Source: Stylophora pistillata (lineage: Eukaryota). Taken from it: a DNA stretch of 64,000 nucleotides. A program made the translations under genes and the position numbers. Positions 59,854 through 64,000 of the stretch are shown piece by piece. Below the pieces are notes generated by a model. The model was not told the origin of the DNA. It saw only the letters and a list, made by a program, of their open reading frames with translations, and ran no database searches. How positions within the stretch are numbered: position 1 is the stretch's first letter; each line of letters opens with the position of its first letter. The stretch is from positions 77,427-141,426 of the forward strand of contig NW_019217832.1 of assembly GCF_002571385.2 (NCBI RefSeq), written 5' to 3'.

Positions 59854-60894
59854 CGCCTTTTTTGAGCGTCATCAAAGGAAACTCAAAGTTATCACAACAG
59901 CCAATGAGTTCAAAGAGAAACACCTTAAGAAAACCAATGAGAACCCGTAGAAAACGCATGTAACCGGCTCAAAGAGCGGGAAAACGCGCCTTACCAAGTG
60001 GCAGAGTCGTTTTAGTTTTACATCTGATTGGAGGTGACAAAAGGCTTATTTTGGACCAATAATAAAGCGCAGTAAGGCAGAGCTAGAAAACCTCTATAAT
60101 ACCTTGGCCAAATCGAGTATCTGAGGATAAAAAGTTTTGTTTTTGTATGTCTAGCATCGAAGCAAATGCGAGATTCGAACGGACAAAAACAAAGTTTTAT
60201 ATCCCTGGGTACTCAAAATGGCCGTTGAGTAAGAGGTCTCGATGCAGATTACTCGATGCAGTCCTAACTCACGCACATAAATTAGCTAAAGATTGCTCTT
60301 TGGTACACAAAACTTTGAATGTCATGATCAAAGAATGACTTTCCTGTTACTGGCCGAGAGATTAAACAATGAAGCACGAACAGAGATTGGGGCGGAAAAT
60401 TCAAAGAAAAGGTGAGGCGAAGGAATTGTGAGAGTCTTGATTAAGTTGTATTCACATCAAGAAAAAATCTTTTCTTTTATTCGACTCCTCTTACAGGGAT
60501 CAACTCACACGAACAGAAACCATATTGTTAATGAACAAATATTTTTTTTTTACAAGAGAGTTGAACTTCGCTCCCCTTCCTCTTCTGTGGGTTTTCCAAA
60601 TCAATCTGCCAGTACTTGATTGACAAACCCGTAAAAATCGATTATTGGTTACTAAGTTATGAATCAAGAAACACAACACTGTTCAAAGGAACAAAAGACC
60701 GCTGAACAAAACAAACGATACACAGTCTATGAGCCTCACTCTCGGAGTGCTGTGTGGCGCGCTAAGATCAATCTTTTTTTGGCTGTTTTTTTTTTTACTT
60801 GCACGACAGACTTCGCCGAAAAGGAGGATCAGCTCATAGTCTGGTAATTTGTTTACACCAACTAAGTTGAAACTGCCACCGTAAAGAGTTAAAA

Positions 60895-60929
60895 AGCTGA
60901 CGTTTCGAGCGTTAGCCCTTCGTCAGAGC
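60895..60929 (-). ncRNA. Minimal type I hammerhead ribozyme motif within a Penelope-like repeat fragment (~60870-61008)
   Basis: Minus strand GCT-CTGACGA-A-GGGC-TAAC-GCTC-GAAA-CG-TC-AGC: full catalytic core, 4-bp stem II, 3-bp stem I and vestigial stem III. Predicted cleavage lies between 60899 and 60898. Confidence 0.75.
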
Positions 60930-61109
60930 GAAACATTTGCTCAAGTTACCTTGTTACCCCCACCGACGCAGCACGACAGTTTCTTTGGAAACTTACCCAC
61001 TTTGTTCATAGTCTAGTAAACAACAGTCAAATCTAACTATGAAACACCTTTACAAATTAAAATCCCAAAATTACCAACTTGAACTAAAATTGCTTCAAAT
61101 TTGATTTTG

Positions 61110-64000
61110 TTAGCAACTCCACATTAGAGATTTGTGTCTTGTGTGAAATCTTGGTGACCCAGGGCTTGGCCAGCTGGAAAAAAAAGAGTCACATCAGTAC
61201 TACGCTGATAAAATGCCTTGATGGCAGGTAGAGGTTGATGTGACAAAACCCAAAAGAGAGGGGGTGGGAAAGAAAGGGAACAGTGGGGGATGAGGGTAGA
61301 AAAAAGAGGGGGAGGGATAGGAAGGAATGATTCTGGAAAACAGCAAAGGAGGACTAGGTGGGAGGCTAGGAGTAAGAGTTTAACAGAGGAGGGGAATAAT
61401 GCAAAGGGAGAAATGGAGGAATGGGTAAGAGAAGGAAAGAGAAAGAAAGATGAGGAAAGAGAAGGAAAGAGAAGGATGGGCAGGAAGAAAGATACTAGAG
61501 ACGGAGACAAAAGGAGAATGCTGGAGCAAAGGGGAGATGAGAAATGCCGTAGGGAGGAGTGGATAGTAGAAAGGATAGAGGGAGTAGGCAAGGATTGTGG
61601 GAGAGAAAGGGAGGTCAGGACAAAGAGAAAAATCAAGCAATGCAAAGAGGATCAGGGTTAGGGAGGGAGGCGACAAAATAGAAGTGGTAAGGAGGGGATG
61701 GTGAAAAGAATGAGGAGGTATGAGAAAGCATGGGAGGGGAATGACTGAGGGTGGTGACAAGAAACAGAAGGGAAGCAGGAATAGGCACGGAGGGTGGTTA
61801 AAGGGAGGCATGGGGCTATGAAAGAAGAAATGGTAATTAATTAGACAAAAAGAAAGAAAAAAACAATGCTACCTTTGTTGTGCTGCCTCAGAATAAGACA
61901 TAACATGTTCCTTCCATTCTTGGATACAAGGATATTTCACAGAATCAATCTTGGTCTGACCGATGGCAATTAACACATCAAGGTCAAGTTTACTGGGCTG
62001 CAAACTAAAGCAAAGTCATGCTGTCAGAATAGACTATTGTAAGTCAGAGTGATGGGGATATTTGTGTCTTCATGACAGGTTCCATAATTTAAGTGTCTAT
62101 ACGGCCAACAGGGTTTTTATTGTTTTGGTATCTCTTTAACCTGTAAAAAAGCATTCTCAAAAAACAAAAAATTGATTCTGACGCCTCTTCACCCTAAAAT
62201 CGAGCTTTAAAGTTCCCGCTTCGGCCACGCCCAATGAAGTTGACCGCGTAAGGGAAGATTGGTGATGAGTGACGTCATTTCAGGAGCGTCTCGAGTGTCA
62301 TGTTGTTACTTTGCTTGACAAACGCAGTGCTTTTACAACACATCTATCGGGCATATTTATGTCGCCGAAAACTCTTTCCTTACTTAAAAAAAACAGTGAA
62401 ATGAACCCCTGGCGGGATTTGGCGTGTTACTGACTTGACGCCATGACCCATTCTGAACCTAATCTCTTTTTTGCCCCAACTCACGGTCACCTTCAATGGG
62501 TGTGGCCAAGGCGGGAAGTTTAAAGCTTGAATTCAGGGCGAAGACTCATTCAGAATCCAATTTTTAGTTAAGAATACTCTTTTACATGTTGAATACATAC
62601 CAAAACTATAAAAAAAACCCTGTTGGACGTATAGCCACTTTAAAGAACAAATTGCTTTTTGTGTCAAATGTGGTTAGAATTATCTGGCTGGCCAGTTATA
62701 AGTACTACTCAAGGTCCCAAGCAGCAAGCCTGTGCCAAGCTTTTTGTTGTTCAGTAAACACAAGAAAAACAAAAGCAGGTAAACATTGGCAGAAGCATCA
62801 TTTTGCTGGCTGCTGTGACAGCTGCCAAGAAAGGTTTGTGTAACATTTCCCACATTTATATGTATGAACAATTTGGAATAATAATGAAAAACAATGCTAA
62901 TCCAAGTGAGCTGTAATTTAAGCAGCTGTACAGAAGAAGCCTGAAAATAATTCAGGCCTCAGTGTGATTTAAACCTATGCCTCCCAGATAACTGGACTAC
63001 AAAGCACAAATGGGAAGCTGAATGCATTTTTTAGAGGGTACTTCTCTTCTTGAATCTGGAACAGCCTACTAAGCCACTTACCCCTGGATGAAAATGTTGA
63101 CGTTCATATTTTCTGAACCAGCCACATTGACAGATCTCTCTGACTTTGCATGCTCCACATTTCTTTCTCCTGGCACTTTAAAACAGCTCTGCTCCAGAAC
63201 ACTTGAAACTCTAAAATCATCATTTTTAAATCTCTGATCTTCACATGTACACCTTGTAGTCTCAATCACTTCATCTTTAAGGTAATTTTTCCTTAATTCA
63301 GCTGGAGACTGATTCACCACTAATGACTGCAAATCAGTTGAATCCAAATCCTTGGCCGGGATGTCCATTTTGTGTTTCATTAGCATCACTTTGTCTTTCT
63401 TGTCTGTTTGCTCAGTATCAGAAACATCCTCATCTTTGCTCCTCAAGACTTCACCATTATTGCTAGTTTTTTGTTCTTGTAGATTGTATAGCAGCTTTTT
63501 CTTGCACACGATATCCCCTACTACGTCTGTTTCATCTTTCTGGTCACTCAACTCAGTAGAATGGCTTCTGTTTAGGAAATCTTTGTCTGGACTTTCTGCC
63601 AATGAACCATTGAATGTGGGTAGCTTTATCTCAACTTCCTCGAGATGAAGACAAAGTGTTTCCATGCTTTTTCCCAATGTTTTCAATGAAGGCTCTAAAA
63701 GCTCATCTTTCATGACTGCATCTGGAGATGTCCTTAAAACTAGACCATTCCCATCCTTTCTGCTTGAAAATTTCTCCATGATATGCTGTCCTTTAGAATT
63801 CTCTATTTTACCTTTCACTGCAGCATCCTCCACCTCAAAATTTAATTTTTCTGGTTCCATCTTTGACTCTGGAATTTCTTTCTTGTCCAACATGGGAGAA
63901 CTGTCTTCATAATCCAACAAGTTCTTTTTATTAAAACTGGGTAAAGCACCTGCAAAGGCTGTTTCATGTTCCAAACCCCTGTCAGGCAAAATAACTCCAC
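61110..64000 (-). CDS. ANKLE2: ANKLE2 (LEM4) homolog, 3' part only. Exons >64000-63082, 62004-61873, 61173-61110
   Basis: The spliced C-terminus IFIQGLQPSKLDLDVLIAIGQTKIDSVKYPCIQEWKEHVMSYSEAAQQSWPSP resembles the ANKLE2 C-terminal domain as I recall it (F-x-x-G-x-x-PSKLD-x-DVL...P-x-x-x-x-WK...SWPSP). It is preceded by a long acidic low-complexity exon that is open to the window edge. Confidence 0.85.
61245..61830. repeat. ~590-bp purine-rich (G/A on +) low-complexity tract in the last ANKLE2 intron
   Basis: Dominated by gga/gaa/agg runs; it generates spurious ORFs on both strands. Confidence 0.85.
62089..62643. mobile_element. ~550-bp non-autonomous DNA transposon with long imperfect TIRs, TTAA-bounded (Kolobok-like by termini)
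   Basis: ttaagtgtctatacggccaacagggtttt...agctttaaagttcccgcttcggccacgccca is mirrored by tgggtgtggccaaggcgggaagtttaaagct...aaaccctgttggacgtatagccactttaa. Confidence 0.75.

Noticed and set aside
61124-61811. ORFs of 173, 123 and 143 aa
   Set aside because: By-products of a purine/pyrimidine-biased low-complexity tract inside an intron.

Overview
Eukaryotic, intron-rich, AT-rich genomic DNA; the gene content is animal-like and the repeat landscape (tRNA-derived SINEs, Penelope-type hammerhead motifs, many MITEs) resembles a cnidarian, probably a stony coral (inference). I reconstructed gene models by hand from GT-AG junctions and reading-frame continuity. In order: complete HELQ helicase (-, 18 coding exons, ~975 aa); METTL6 (-, 5 exons, 274 aa), head-to-head across 117 bp with a SUMO gene (+, 5 exons, 91 aa); MSL1 (-, 8 exons); a ~1639-aa two-exon polytopic membrane protein that I cannot assign to a named family (+); a single-C2 synaptotagmin-like gene (+, 6 coding exons, ~685 aa); a type II membrane glycosyltransferase-like gene (+); and the 3' end of ANKLE2 (-, runs off the window). 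Interspersed are two LINE remnants, a Harbinger-type non-autonomous element, SINEs, fold-back elements, minisatellites and three N-gaps. The best candidates for novelty are (1) the giant membrane protein, with about 9+2 Asp-centred hydrophobic repeats in an alternating A/B pattern, a TRP-like membrane domain, four PPxY motifs and a beta-rich C-terminal domain, and (2) a minimal hammerhead ribozyme with an intact core, in sense orientation about 180 nt past the ANKLE2 stop codon. All family assignments come from motif recognition by eye; no database search was run.
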